Below, one piece after another: positions 1 through 10,001 of a stretch of DNA of 64,000 nucleotides (positions within the stretch are counted from its first letter, which is position 1; each line of letters opens with the position of its first letter). Origin of the DNA: an uncultured bacterium (GTDB lineage Bacteria; Margulisbacteria; Termititenacia; CAZZFK01); NCBI GenBank assembly GCA_964653455.1, contig CAZZFK010000001.1, positions 158,179 to 222,178 of the forward strand, in the 5' to 3' direction. The notes under the pieces were generated by a model. It had not been told where the DNA came from, did not search any database, and saw only the letters and a list, made by a program, of their open reading frames with translations. Both the position numbers and the translations under genes were made by a program.

Positions 1-230
1 AATATCGTACGAAGAACATACAGGACCAGCTCGCGATGTTCTTTCATGACCTCGGGTAGCCCGCTCTTTGTACGCAGCGCTATCCTGGTCCGTTCAGTGA
101 TCGAGCTGAGCCGTGCGTCATAGCATTCCTTTAAACGAAGCAGCGTATTGCGGCCTCCGGCATCCTGAACAGCTATTATTTTTCGGGCTATCTGCATCCT
201 GAACACCCCGCTCCGGACCTGTAGCGCCAT
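1..230 (-). CDS. hypothetical protein, N-terminal part only (gene continues past the window start)
   Basis: ATG at 230..228 opens a minus-strand frame (MALQVRSGVFRMQIARKIIAVQDAGG...) that stays open for 76 codons to position 1; absent from the ORF track because there is no in-window stop; no motif recognised. Confidence 0.3.
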   Translation of the reverse strand, partial: MALQVRSGVFRMQIARKIIAVQDAGGRNTLLRLKECYDARLSSITERTRIALRTKSGLPEVMKEHRELVLYVLRTI

Positions 231-327
231 CCATTAGGATATCGTAACCCCAAAGGAGCGATTTCATGTGGTAAGCGTTCTTGAAGTATTCTCAGGCAGA
301 CCTTTGCGAGCATAATAGCGGACAGGT

Positions 328-996
328 TCACATGTGAAGATATTTTTTTATATGGACCCCGAACTCTCTTTTGGCGAACCGCCGCAGGTCCTTTAGCTTC
401 GGAAAAGTGCCGAACTCCTCTCGTTCTTCCCGCTTCAACTCTTCCACAGAAACATCCTCGAACCGCTCCCCCACAGGCAGATACACGATATCAAGACCTT
501 TGCGCCCATTGAAAAGATCGAGCACAACACGCCCGTTCTTCATCGCGACAAAATACGGGAAAAGATAATAAGAATCGAATCGATATCGGCCAAAGACCTC
601 CACGGCCTCCGGCTCCTGAACAGCTATAGCTTTATAGTGCAGCAGTTCCAACGGATAGCTCGTATGCCCGTAAACCGCCCGGACGTTCTGGACCGGCAAT
701 TCCCTGAGGTCCCTGGTAATGATCGAGATCATCAGGATACCATTTCCCTTGAGCAGCAAGTGTTCCTCGATATGTTGTCCAAAAGAAAGGTCATAGAGGA
801 TAATCCGAGGTAAGCCCACGGCTCCCGGCCGCTTTTTGAGACGTATAGCTTCATTATAGAAGCGGGAGGTCATGATAGAAGCCGCATCCCTTCGCGGGAT
901 ACGCTCACCACCCTGCATAAGGAAGAACACTGCAGAACATACACAGAACACTGTGAGCATCGATAGTATCAGTACTACCCATCGCATACGCGTCAT
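328..996 (-). CDS. hypothetical membrane-anchored protein
   Basis: 222-aa ORF; N-terminal hydrophobic stretch WVVLILSMLTVFCVCSAVFFL looks like a single membrane anchor; no catalytic motif recognised. Confidence 0.5.
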   Translation of the reverse strand: MTRMRWVVLILSMLTVFCVCSAVFFLMQGGERIPRRDAASIMTSRFYNEAIRLKKRPGAVGLPRIILYDLSFGQHIEEHLLLKGNGILMISIITRDLRELPVQNVRAVYGHTSYPLELLHYKAIAVQEPEAVEVFGRYRFDSYYLFPYFVAMKNGRVVLDLFNGRKGLDIVYLPVGERFEDVSVEELKREEREEFGTFPKLKDLRRFAKREFGVHIKKYLHM

Positions 997-1085
997 GTAC
1001 AGCTCCTTGCCTTCATATGTAGAATACCATACATCCTGTGAATTCAGGCTTCACCTCTTACGATAGATGTGTAAGAGGCGGACAT

Positions 1086-2147
1086 ATGTTGCATAATAAG
1101 TTGATCACAACTGACGGACCGACCATATATTGGGGCTCGCACAATATGAACACACCAAAACTCTGGTCCCCGGAAAAGATACATACGGGACGTTCTCCGA
1201 TAGGGTCCCTGATACTTGAGCATGCGAACTACACGATACCAGGCGGAGGCAGGAACAGTGAGCTAGAGAACGAGGACACTGTCTCTCTCAAAAAATTGAC
1301 CGTCAATGGCCGAACATACCTCATCGCCATGGTCCTGGACGGACTATCCGGCGTCCTCAAAGTGGACCGAACGATCGACGGCGCAAGCCTTGGACGCTTC
1401 GCCTCGCAATTCATTGCGTCATCGCTGACAGAACACCTCCGGGCCCTGGAAGATATCACAGAACGCACCCTGACCCGCGCCATACTCGAAGCGAACCGGG
1501 ACTTACATATGATCAATGTGCAGAACGGTATGAAAAAGCCTTCGGAAGGCGGAGCGACCATGCTCTCTATGGTCGTCATCACTGATGCAGGCGAAGCGCT
1601 CTTCGCACAGGTCGGCGATGCGCAATATATGTACCCTGCCTATGGCCTTACAGAAAAAGGGGACCAGGAACTTCTTGGAGAACTGCAGCAATGGGTACTA
1701 CATCATTCACCGAACAAGGACAGCACTGCGTTCTTCAAAGAACAGTTCGATCTGCTCATGAACAGAACGGACCTGCGCACGCTCGACCATGATGTCCGGA
1801 CCGCGTTCATAGAACCGTTCCACGTCGAAACTTCACTGGCAACGAGAGACCCTAAAGGTCTTATATTCTCAGCCCTCAACGGCGATGCTGCGGTAGAACA
1901 GTTCATCAAGGTCCGGACGCTCCCCCTAAGGCCCGGGCATACTTTCGCACTGTACTCAGACGGCATCATAGACGGACTGAGCAGCGAAAGCCTGTTGCGA
2001 ACATATATATCGAACCCGAACATGGAACAAAGCCTAAGGGAGATGGATACTGCGATCAGAGAGAACATCATTGCCGGCAGGAACCTGACCCTGAAACGCT
2101 GGGGGGACGATCAATCTATCGTGGTCATCCGTGCACAGGAAAAATGA
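1086..2147 (+). CDS. PP2C/SpoIIE-family protein phosphatase domain protein
   Basis: C-terminal FALYSDGIIDG resembles the LYTDG metal-binding motif of SpoIIE/PP2C phosphatases and IAMVLDGLSGV the upstream Asp motif; start moved from track ATG 1038 to ATG 1086, which has AAGAGG 7 nt upstream. Confidence 0.55.
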   Translation: MLHNKLITTDGPTIYWGSHNMNTPKLWSPEKIHTGRSPIGSLILEHANYTIPGGGRNSELENEDTVSLKKLTVNGRTYLIAMVLDGLSGVLKVDRTIDGASLGRFASQFIASSLTEHLRALEDITERTLTRAILEANRDLHMINVQNGMKKPSEGGATMLSMVVITDAGEALFAQVGDAQYMYPAYGLTEKGDQELLGELQQWVLHHSPNKDSTAFFKEQFDLLMNRTDLRTLDHDVRTAFIEPFHVETSLATRDPKGLIFSALNGDAAVEQFIKVRTLPLRPGHTFALYSDGIIDGLSSESLLRTYISNPNMEQSLREMDTAIRENIIAGRNLTLKRWGDDQSIVVIRAQEK

Positions 2148-2171
2148 ATCTGCGGATCGGACCGTGCCGCA

Positions 2172-3233
2172 TCACCAATCCACAGAAGATGGCAGCCCCG
2201 CATACCCGCGGAGCATTTCTTCCACGATCCCGTCACGCAAGGCCCCGTTACCGATACGCACCGATCGCGGGGCTATCGTCTCATACAACACCTTGAACGT
2301 GATCAAGGGAATAAGAAAAGCATCAGCATTATCGAACTGGGAACGACCCAGCCCCTCTACAGCATCATAGGACATGCCTCGCACGGTCTCCAGTAATCCC
2401 AGAAGCTCTTGCTCGCCGACCGTGACTTCCCGCGCCGCCCTCTTGCCGAAATCCGAAAAGAACAGTCCCTGGACCTTCCAAAATGAACCGCCGGTCATTA
2501 TCAGATCCTTGTTCAAGAGAGCGTTATTCTTTTGAAGCGCATGAAAAGCGGTAAAAGACCTGAAAATGGCCTCTATCTTATCAAGCCCTTCCTGATATGC
2601 CGCACGCATATCTGGAAGAAAGTCCCGAACATGTTGAACACCGTACGGCTGGAACAAGAACAGCTCGTCCGCACGTCCTCCGGCCAGAAAGCGCTCCTCA
2701 TGCGACACATATGAACACTGTACACTGGCCCCGCCCATCTCCACGACGATACTTTCGCGCAAATGACCTGCGGTCTTTGATATGACGCCTGCCACTCCGT
2801 AATAGGCCTCTTCTTCATGGGAAAGCACATGCAGGGCGACCGGCCATCCTTTCTTCCCGGCATAGGTCTCATAGGCACGACGAAAAGCGTTGTGGCCGTT
2901 CTCCTCCGCTTCCCGCACAGCGGCAGTTGCCACGACCTTGATATGGGAGCTCGGTATCTGTAATTCCTTCAATTGTTCGAACCAGCCGTCCACGCTCCGC
3001 ATCGTCATATCTATCTTCCGGGGATCATGCACGTTGCCGCCGCGGCCTAATCGGATCTCTTTATTGAACTCGCCGGCACGCTGCCTGCCATGAACGTCGA
3101 AGATGACGACCTTCACATTGTTCGAGCCGATATCGATGACGCTGAAAAGATCGGCCGGAGCAATATGCTCACGATCGGTCGCGATAGTATGTACCAAGTT
3201 CCTGTGCGCTATCATTTTTGTATCGAATATCAT
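2172..3233 (-). CDS. Ppx/GppA-family phosphatase (exopolyphosphatase / pppGpp phosphohydrolase family)
   Basis: N-terminal VIDIGSNNVKVVIF matches the Ppx/GppA actin-fold motif (D.GSNS...I); 353 aa is typical for the family. Confidence 0.7.
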   Translation of the reverse strand: MIFDTKMIAHRNLVHTIATDREHIAPADLFSVIDIGSNNVKVVIFDVHGRQRAGEFNKEIRLGRGGNVHDPRKIDMTMRSVDGWFEQLKELQIPSSHIKVVATAAVREAEENGHNAFRRAYETYAGKKGWPVALHVLSHEEEAYYGVAGVISKTAGHLRESIVVEMGGASVQCSYVSHEERFLAGGRADELFLFQPYGVQHVRDFLPDMRAAYQEGLDKIEAIFRSFTAFHALQKNNALLNKDLIMTGGSFWKVQGLFFSDFGKRAAREVTVGEQELLGLLETVRGMSYDAVEGLGRSQFDNADAFLIPLITFKVLYETIAPRSVRIGNGALRDGIVEEMLRGYAGLPSSVDW

Positions 3234-3305
3234 ACCATTCTCTCTCTTTGTTCAACGACCGGCATCCGTACGCGGAACATGCCGCCGTGAACGGCAGGGG
3301 ATACC

Positions 3306-4811
3306 TCACACCTCAATATCTATCTCTGCAAAGTTCAGCTTCAGCGGAGGCACGCCGACCCCCTGCTCACTGAACGTACGACATATATATGCATACGCCT
3401 GTGTGACCGACAGTTTGCGGAATTCATGCAGGTCGAACTTTTCCCAGACCACATTAAGGTCATACACCTGTTCCCCCGGGACGGACACCAGCCTCATCGT
3501 ACCCGTCCCAATATCATTGATGAACAGACCCCTCCTGTTGGAAACCACCTCGATCGCAGAGTTCAAGAGCTGCATCAGCCTGCTCTCCCCGAAGAACAAT
3601 ACCGTATATCGGATAAAGGCTTCCAGGTCCTGCTCCGGCAACACCCGCTCCCCGTGATAAAAATCGCTCATACTGGTGTTCCGGGGAAGACGGGACATAT
3701 CGAACGTCCCGTATTGTGAACTCAACCGCTCAAGGTACGCATCCATGAAGGAGTAGGTCAACCCTGCATATTTATCTATACAATCGAACACCACTCTTCT
3801 GCCTAAATGGGCATCAAAAAGCCGATCGACTTTTCGTCGTTCTTCATCCGAACGTGCGCGAGGTCCGGCACAGATGAACCGGGCTTGCATACGAAGCTTG
3901 TGCTCGATCGCTGTGAGCTGTTCCTGAAGAAAATCCCTGATCACACGACGATATTCCGCAGGCAGTCCGGCACGGTCCCAGACCGCACCATCATTTATTT
4001 CCGCAACGACAATGGCCATATCTCCCGGCAGCGGAAAATATCTTTCATATACATCGGACAGAACCATATCGAGCGGACTCTCGTCAGCTGCTATTCGCTC
4101 AAGGACCTCATGAAAACGTTCGAGAGAAAAATATCTCACAGCATGTTCACTGCTGAATATATGCATGAGCTCAGACTCCTGCACATGCCTTTTGATCCAC
4201 TGTGCATCACGCTCTTCCTGAGTATCCTCAAGACAAGCAACGATATCGAACGTCTTTTCACCGGAACGTTCATCACGGACCATCCAGGGGGACAGGTCCA
4301 TCGGAAGCGGCTTGGACCAGGTAAGGACCTCGAAGAGGAGCTTTGAGATATACTGCTCCGCTTCTTTTTCAGGCATCCGTCCCTCAACTATCTGCCATGC
4401 TTTTTCCGAGGTATGAAAAGTGTCATACAAACGTTCCATTGAATTATCGTACGGTCCCTGGGCACGCCATTCCTGATAGCTCGGGCCAGGGATAGTGGAG
4501 AACTTTTCCCAGTGCTCGAAAGCCCGCCTGTACTTGGCCTCGCTGCTCTCCGGATAGCACTGAAAGACCTCCCGGTACAAGGGGTCCTTTCTATCCGTAA
4601 AATTCACCTTTTTAAGGGATTGAAGGAACCGTCCGACCGGGATCTCCGTGACGCCGTTACCTTCCCGATACATCGAACGGATCATTTCCGCACGGGCCGG
4701 CCGGTACTCTGTTGTCAGATAGTTATTCTCAACATACCACTTGAACTTCTCCGCGAACGTCGGTTGGACATTGGTATCTTCGGTCGGTGCACTGATACAC
4801 TTAATGAACAT
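3306..4811 (-). CDS. hypothetical protein (501 aa)
   Basis: Long uninterrupted ORF, co-directional with the neighbouring Ppx gene; no family motif recognised by eye. Confidence 0.55.
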   Translation of the reverse strand: MFIKCISAPTEDTNVQPTFAEKFKWYVENNYLTTEYRPARAEMIRSMYREGNGVTEIPVGRFLQSLKKVNFTDRKDPLYREVFQCYPESSEAKYRRAFEHWEKFSTIPGPSYQEWRAQGPYDNSMERLYDTFHTSEKAWQIVEGRMPEKEAEQYISKLLFEVLTWSKPLPMDLSPWMVRDERSGEKTFDIVACLEDTQEERDAQWIKRHVQESELMHIFSSEHAVRYFSLERFHEVLERIAADESPLDMVLSDVYERYFPLPGDMAIVVAEINDGAVWDRAGLPAEYRRVIRDFLQEQLTAIEHKLRMQARFICAGPRARSDEERRKVDRLFDAHLGRRVVFDCIDKYAGLTYSFMDAYLERLSSQYGTFDMSRLPRNTSMSDFYHGERVLPEQDLEAFIRYTVLFFGESRLMQLLNSAIEVVSNRRGLFINDIGTGTMRLVSVPGEQVYDLNVVWEKFDLHEFRKLSVTQAYAYICRTFSEQGVGVPPLKLNFAEIDIEV

Positions 4812-4939
4812 ATTGTTCCTCCGGCTGTATATCTATCGTTCCCCAGTATGACTTATTTCACTTGTTCATACCCCGCTAGCCAAAAAAGCCCACTATGTAG
4901 TAAAGTAACACACAATCATCAAAAAAAGAGGGATGTATC

Positions 4940-5500
4940 ATGAGAAGCGCACAAGATTGTAAGCCGGGGCAGATCGTAAAGATGAACGGACAGCTGTTCA
5001 CGGTGGTCTATTGGAACCCGTACAAAAAAGGCGATCGCGGCGGCATCATCGTCGACCTGAAGCTCAGGAACATTGAGACCGGGGCTACGGTCATTCTTGC
5101 TCCCCGGGCCCAAGACATGTTCGATGACGTGGTCCTTGACCGGAAAAAAGCGACCTATTCCTACCACGACGGCGACCTGTACGTGTTCCTGGATTCGGAG
5201 ACGTTCGACCAGATCCACCTCTCCGGTGAAGCTATCGGAGCGAACCTGCCGTTCCTGAAAGAGAACATGGAGGTCGATATTTATTTTCACGAAGAAAAGG
5301 CCGTATCCGTCGAATTCCCGGTCTATGTCGAGGCAGAGATCACCTATACCGAGAACGCCGTCCGCGGGGATTCCTCAGGCAAGGTCATGAAAAAAGCGAC
5401 CCTGGCAGGCGGCCATGAGATCGACGTTCCGGGCTACTGCAATATCGGGGACAAGATCAAGATCGATACCCGTACGCAGACTTTCGCCGAACGCGCATAG
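4940..5500 (+). CDS. efp: elongation factor P
   Basis: 186 aa; N-terminal KPGQIVKMNGQLFTVV and C-terminal GHEIDVPGYCNIGDKIKIDTRT follow the EF-P family pattern (three-domain length, C-terminal GDKIK.DTR); followed by an intrinsic terminator. Confidence 0.9.
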   Translation: MRSAQDCKPGQIVKMNGQLFTVVYWNPYKKGDRGGIIVDLKLRNIETGATVILAPRAQDMFDDVVLDRKKATYSYHDGDLYVFLDSETFDQIHLSGEAIGANLPFLKENMEVDIYFHEEKAVSVEFPVYVEAEITYTENAVRGDSSGKVMKKATLAGGHEIDVPGYCNIGDKIKIDTRTQTFAERA

Positions 5501-5525
5501 AACTCAGGGCACAGAACGCTAAAAA

Positions 5526-5551
5526 GACAGGCCTACCGCCTGTCTTTTTTT
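5526..5551 (+). terminator. rho-independent terminator downstream of efp
   Basis: Stem GACAGGC / GCCTGTC with 5-nt loop, followed by a run of seven T; preceded by AAAAA so it could work in both directions. Confidence 0.7.
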
Positions 5552-5660
5552 ATGCTCGGGAACTTCCGTACAATAGCACTGTACAATGACCGTGTGGGGG
5601 AAATACCACCAAGATCTCATTACTGACCCATACAGAGGGGAGGACCTGAACAAAGGTCTC

Positions 5661-5700
5661 GCATGTCCTTTGTTAGAGCACGGGAGATGCAGTTTTTTTT
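5661..5700 (+). terminator. second terminator-like hairpin plus T8 in the leader of the next gene (possible attenuator or sRNA 3' end)
   Basis: Imperfect stem GCATGTCC / GGAGATGC followed by AG and TTTTTTTT (5693-5700), about 28 nt upstream of the ATG at 5728. Confidence 0.3.
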
Positions 5701-5727
5701 GAAGCGACCAATAGAGAGGGGGAATAT

Positions 5728-5952
5728 ATGAGCACCATCAATTCAACAGCATCGGTCAACAATAACGAGAAAGAAGCGGCCGCCACCAATACCGCACATA
5801 ACTCCGTCGAGGAAGTCGTGAACAGCGCCGTCGGCACTTCCGCCATCGATACTGACGGGAGCAAGACCCTGAACAAGAAATTATCATCACAGCTCCTGGA
5901 CGAGGTCATCGATCCGAAGACCGGATATACCTGGTCGAACCCGATACGCTGA
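5728..5952 (+). CDS. small hypothetical protein (74 aa, Ser/Thr/Asn/Ala-rich, acidic)
   Basis: ATG preceded by AGAGGGGG at 6-13 nt; low-complexity composition, no signal peptide apparent. Confidence 0.4.
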   Translation: MSTINSTASVNNNEKEAAATNTAHNSVEEVVNSAVGTSAIDTDGSKTLNKKLSSQLLDEVIDPKTGYTWSNPIR

Positions 5953-5974
5953 GGACAGACTATCCCTTTAAGTT

Positions 5975-6622
5975 ATGCCCCATGACGTTTACAATACCGC
6001 CATGAACGAAAGCTCATTCAACATGAGGGCAAAGAACTGGGACAGGAACACGGTCCTCCGCGACCTTGCAGGTACCGTCGCGAAACATATAAAGATGTCC
6101 GCCGCTCCCGGAGGACACGCTATCGATCTCGGGTGCGGGACCGGCCTACTCGGACTGGAACTGATGGACCATTTCACGGACATCGTTTTTGCCGATTCCT
6201 CGGATGGTATGCTCGAAGAAGTTCGCAACAAGCTTGCACATCACAAAAAAGGACCTGCGTGCCGCACGCTCAGGATCGACCTCGATCATGACGAGCTTCC
6301 CGGGACCTACGATTGTATCTTTTCCCAAATGTCTCTCCACCACATCAATGATACTGAAAGGTTCATCGCACATATCGTCCCTCACCTTACCCCGCAGGGC
6401 ATCGTATGCATCGCTGATGTGGTCGCTGAGGACGGATCGTTCCATCAAGGGACCACCGTGCCGCACAATGGCTTCAATCCCTCCTCGCTCCGTGCTCTGT
6501 TCGGGCGGGCGGGGCTGCATACATCCGTCATCGAACCGGTATTCACCATCACAAAACCGGCCCCGGACACGGTAAAGGATTTTCCGATATTCCTGATGAT
6601 CGGTAAAAGAACGACCCCTTAA
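5975..6622 (+). CDS. class I SAM-dependent methyltransferase
   Basis: IDLGCGTGLLGLEL is the Rossmann SAM-binding motif I; acidic motif II (IVFADSSDGM) follows at the expected spacing. Confidence 0.75.
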   Translation: MPHDVYNTAMNESSFNMRAKNWDRNTVLRDLAGTVAKHIKMSAAPGGHAIDLGCGTGLLGLELMDHFTDIVFADSSDGMLEEVRNKLAHHKKGPACRTLRIDLDHDELPGTYDCIFSQMSLHHINDTERFIAHIVPHLTPQGIVCIADVVAEDGSFHQGTTVPHNGFNPSSLRALFGRAGLHTSVIEPVFTITKPAPDTVKDFPIFLMIGKRTTP

Positions 6623-8067
6623 GACGATCTTTGAAGTGCGTGAACGATATCGACCATAGCTTTGGTATCAAGCCCACAGTATTCCTTCAAATGAGCATAG
6701 ACCTCGGCACGGTCAGCATGGTCGTCAGTATACGTGACCCGGTAGTATTCGTGGCTTGCTGTTTCTCCGTCCCCGATCGCCATCCCTTCATATGACGTAC
6801 CGACCAATGCGGGCAGAACATATTTTATCGATGCTGAGCCCTGCTGAAGAGGGTTATAGTACTCAAAGTTCCTGAACGGAACGAGAAGATCAACGATCCT
6901 ACCTATGATAGTACGGACCTGATCGGCATATGCGGGGAATTGTTTCGCACAGGCGTTCAGGATCATACCTTCGAACTGCCTGTTGTAGACCACCACGCTC
7001 CCCGTGTTCCCGACATGCGCACAGACCGACCGGATGAACGTTCCACGCGGGTCCGCAGTCCCTTCTGAAAGGAATGACAGATGTTCGAGCGGTGCCCCAG
7101 GGGAACGTTCGATGTGCAACGAATACTGGAACGGGACATGCTCATGAGGATGCGTACCCTCGAACAAAGGGACCGCAGGAGCGAACGACTCAAAATCAAG
7201 ATAATGAACGGGATACTTCAGCAGGGATAAAAAAGAGCGTATCGCGGACACATCGGTATGGACCGTTCCAGACAATGTCGTCCGGACCTGGATATGTTGT
7301 CTTTCATTAAGATGATATCCCGGCGGAAGCTGATCGAAGGTCATGATGCCCTTATGTATGAGCTCAAAGGCCTGATATTTCCGCAGACCATAGAGATCGA
7401 GCACGCTGTTCTCCGGGATATGCGCAAAACAACGGGACATCAACGGACAATGATGCGGTGTCGTACATTGTTCGCCGATAACGACCGTCGGTGCCTCCGC
7501 AGAACGATGTACTAGGCGCACGCGGGAGATGTCCCCGGCGAGATGTATTTTCCGTTCCCGGACAACGGAGGTCACATCCTCTTTCATAAAAAGCACTGCA
7601 GGCCTCAGCTCACCGCGACGTACGTAGTCCGGGTTCAGGTACAAAATGGAACACGTATTGATACGTAATCCCGCACCTTCATAGACATACAACTGGAACG
7701 CGACATCGGTATAGTGTTCATCCTTGACTGCCGTCGTGGATTTCACCTCCACCACATCCCATGAACCGTCATGGCCCGGGAGCAGAATATCCGCACGTGC
7801 AAAACAGCCGTCATACATGAATCCCGCCTCGAAGAGCGGTGTTCTGTTATCGGGTACACGGGTCAGTACGGCGGGATCGCTCACCGTTCCCTCAAGAACA
7901 ACACCATCAGGATACAATGCTCGCGCTAAGAGCCCGACACTCTTCCCTGCGTCCATACGTGCCCGCTGTGATACAGAAAGCGGTTCAAGGTCATGCGGCG
8001 CATGTTGTTTTTTCCAGGCATACAGAGGACATTGCAGGCCGATGAGCAGATCGGATTTGGTGAACAT
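6619..8067 (-). CDS. two-domain nuclease: N-terminal Cas4/RecB-like PD-(D/E)XK domain with Cys cluster, C-terminal DEDD-like 3'-5' exonuclease-like domain
   Basis: N-terminal Cys (GLQCPLY), DVVEVKS (ExK of PD-(D/E)XK) and C.5.C.5.C (CTTPHHCPLMSRC) match the Cas4-like layout; C-terminal HYLDFESF, YNRQFEGMIL and HADRAE resemble exonuclease motifs I, II and III. Confidence 0.55.
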   Translation of the reverse strand: MFTKSDLLIGLQCPLYAWKKQHAPHDLEPLSVSQRARMDAGKSVGLLARALYPDGVVLEGTVSDPAVLTRVPDNRTPLFEAGFMYDGCFARADILLPGHDGSWDVVEVKSTTAVKDEHYTDVAFQLYVYEGAGLRINTCSILYLNPDYVRRGELRPAVLFMKEDVTSVVRERKIHLAGDISRVRLVHRSAEAPTVVIGEQCTTPHHCPLMSRCFAHIPENSVLDLYGLRKYQAFELIHKGIMTFDQLPPGYHLNERQHIQVRTTLSGTVHTDVSAIRSFLSLLKYPVHYLDFESFAPAVPLFEGTHPHEHVPFQYSLHIERSPGAPLEHLSFLSEGTADPRGTFIRSVCAHVGNTGSVVVYNRQFEGMILNACAKQFPAYADQVRTIIGRIVDLLVPFRNFEYYNPLQQGSASIKYVLPALVGTSYEGMAIGDGETASHEYYRVTYTDDHADRAEVYAHLKEYCGLDTKAMVDIVHALQRSS

Positions 8068-8126
8068 GTGTTCATTGTACCAAGGATAGAGTACGAAGTA
8101 CTATGAGCTCCTGTACGTACCGGGGC

Positions 8127-9713
8127 TCAAACGACCAGGTCCCGCTCCTTACACTCCGACGTCCGGTAGAAGACCAACTTCGGATAGAGCTCCCGCACAT
8201 GATGCAGCTCCCACTGACCTTCAAAGAAGTATACGAGCCGCTCATCAGTATCGAGCGCTATTTTCATCACACGTTCCCGCTTCACTTTTTCTATCTCCGC
8301 ACTGTCACCGCCGATCCAATAAGCGAACGCTCTGGGATACTCGGCATATTCACAATCTGCACCGTATTCGCTCTTGAGCCGGTATTGCACGACCTCGAAC
8401 TGCAGGACACCGACAGCACCAAGAAGGAGGGAATTATCAAAGATCATCTTAAAGAGCTGCACCGCTCCTTCTTCAGAGAGCTGTCGAAGCCCGGTCTGCA
8501 ATTGCTTGGTCTTATTGGTATTGCGATTGATGACACGACGGAACGTTTCAGGAGCAAAGCTGGGGATGCCCGTATAATGCAATGTTTCACCTTCCGTGAA
8601 GGTATCCCCGATCTTAATGAGACCAGTATCGTGTATCCCGATGATATCCCCGGGATAGGCCTCTTCGATGATCGTCCGAGTCTGCGCCATGAACGTGATC
8701 GGGTCCGCGATCTTCATCTCACGGTCCAGACGGATGTTCTTTACTTTCATGCCGCGAGTGAATTTTCCGGAATTGATGCGCATAAAGGCCACTCGATCCC
8801 TGTGACGCGGGTTCATGTTGGCATGGATCTTGAAAACGAGCCCGGTCAATGCAGGCTCCTGCGGCTCAACTGTCCGCTCTTCTGCGGGACTTGGCTGCGG
8901 CATCGGAGCCAGTTTGACGATATGTTCAAGCAGCTCATAGACGCCGAAATTATTGATGGCGCTCCCGAAGAACACCGGTGTCATTTTCCCGTCCAGGTAT
9001 TGTGCCAGGTCGAACTTCTCGAGCGCTCCCTCGATCATCTCCAGGTCCTGGAGCAGTTTATCTGTATAGAGCGGTTCGACATCAGGGATGGACCGGGGGT
9101 CGCCGACCGTTGCGGTCGTGAACGTTTTGGCCCCTGCCTTGAACGAAAGGAACGCCTTGTCCGCGATGTTATAGACACCTTTGAACGTCTTGCCCATACT
9201 GATCGGCCAACTCAGCGGGATCGCCTTGATGCTCAAGCTTTGTTCGATATCATCGAGCAGATCGAACGGGTCGCGCCCTTCCCGATCGAGCTTATTGATG
9301 AACGTTATGACCGGGATATTACGCAGCCGACAGACATCCATCAGCTTTTTTGTCCTGTCCTCGACGCCTTTCACGGAATCAATGACCATCAGGACCGAAT
9401 CGACGGCCGTGAGCGTGCGATAGGTATCTTCACTGAAATCCGCATGTCCCGGCGTGTCCAGAAGGTTTATGACCACGCCTTTATGCTCGAAACACATGAC
9501 CGAGGTGGCGATAGACACACCGCGTTCGCGCTCGATCTCCATCCAGTCGGACGTCGTATGCCGGTCCGTCTTGCGTGATTTTATCGCGCCGGCCTGCTGG
9601 ATAGCACCGCCAAAGAGCAAAAGCTTTTCCGTGATCGTCGTTTTTCCCGCATCCGGATGACTGATGATCGCAAAGGTCCTGCGTATCGATATTTCGTGCT
9701 GAAGCTCTGCCAT
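8127..9713 (-). CDS. prfC: peptide chain release factor 3
   Basis: N-terminal RRTFAIISHPDAGKTTITEKLLLFGGAIQ.AG and DTPGHADFSEDTYRTLTAVDSVLMVID are near-canonical RF3 GTPase sequences; 528 aa. Confidence 0.95.
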   Translation of the reverse strand: MAELQHEISIRRTFAIISHPDAGKTTITEKLLLFGGAIQQAGAIKSRKTDRHTTSDWMEIERERGVSIATSVMCFEHKGVVINLLDTPGHADFSEDTYRTLTAVDSVLMVIDSVKGVEDRTKKLMDVCRLRNIPVITFINKLDREGRDPFDLLDDIEQSLSIKAIPLSWPISMGKTFKGVYNIADKAFLSFKAGAKTFTTATVGDPRSIPDVEPLYTDKLLQDLEMIEGALEKFDLAQYLDGKMTPVFFGSAINNFGVYELLEHIVKLAPMPQPSPAEERTVEPQEPALTGLVFKIHANMNPRHRDRVAFMRINSGKFTRGMKVKNIRLDREMKIADPITFMAQTRTIIEEAYPGDIIGIHDTGLIKIGDTFTEGETLHYTGIPSFAPETFRRVINRNTNKTKQLQTGLRQLSEEGAVQLFKMIFDNSLLLGAVGVLQFEVVQYRLKSEYGADCEYAEYPRAFAYWIGGDSAEIEKVKRERVMKIALDTDERLVYFFEGQWELHHVRELYPKLVFYRTSECKERDLVV

Positions 9714-9860
9714 ATATCCTCACCTGTTCTGTTTTTTTATATCTTATGCGCTGCGCTGTGATATGTAAATGGAGCCGCATATGTATTTTTCATGTACGAT
9801 TTATTTTATTTTTCCGATATTTTTTATCCGATATATTTTCTGAAAAAAATAAAAAAACTC

Positions 9861-9888
9861 TGGTCATTATTATTTTTTTTGCTATAAT
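9861..9888 (+). promoter_or_regulatory. sigma-70-type promoter with extended -10 (TGcTATAAT)
   Basis: TATAAT at 9883-9888 preceded by TGC (extended -10); TGGTCA 16 nt upstream as a weak -35; sits in a very AT-rich intergenic region about 30 nt upstream of the micropeptide ATG. Confidence 0.45.
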
Positions 9889-9920
9889 GAATTCATCAAA
9901 TGACGAAAGGGGTGTCCAAC

Positions 9921-9989
9921 ATGGCAGTTAAAAAGAAAAAGAAAGTTGTGAAGAAAAAGAAGGCAGTAAAGAAAAAGAAGAAAAGATAG
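9921..9989 (+). CDS. 22-residue lysine-rich micropeptide (MAVKKKKKVVKKKKAVKKKKKR)
   Basis: ATG 9921 with AAAGGGG 8 nt upstream, TAG stop at 9987-9989; below the ORF track size cutoff; promoter directly upstream and inverted repeat directly downstream. Confidence 0.35.
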   Translation: MAVKKKKKVVKKKKAVKKKKKR

Positions 9990-10001
9990 TTTCATTGCAC
10001 C

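Noticed and set aside
8103-9578. 491-aa plus-strand ORF
   Set aside because: Lies entirely antisense within prfC, whose translation has canonical RF3 motifs; shadow ORF
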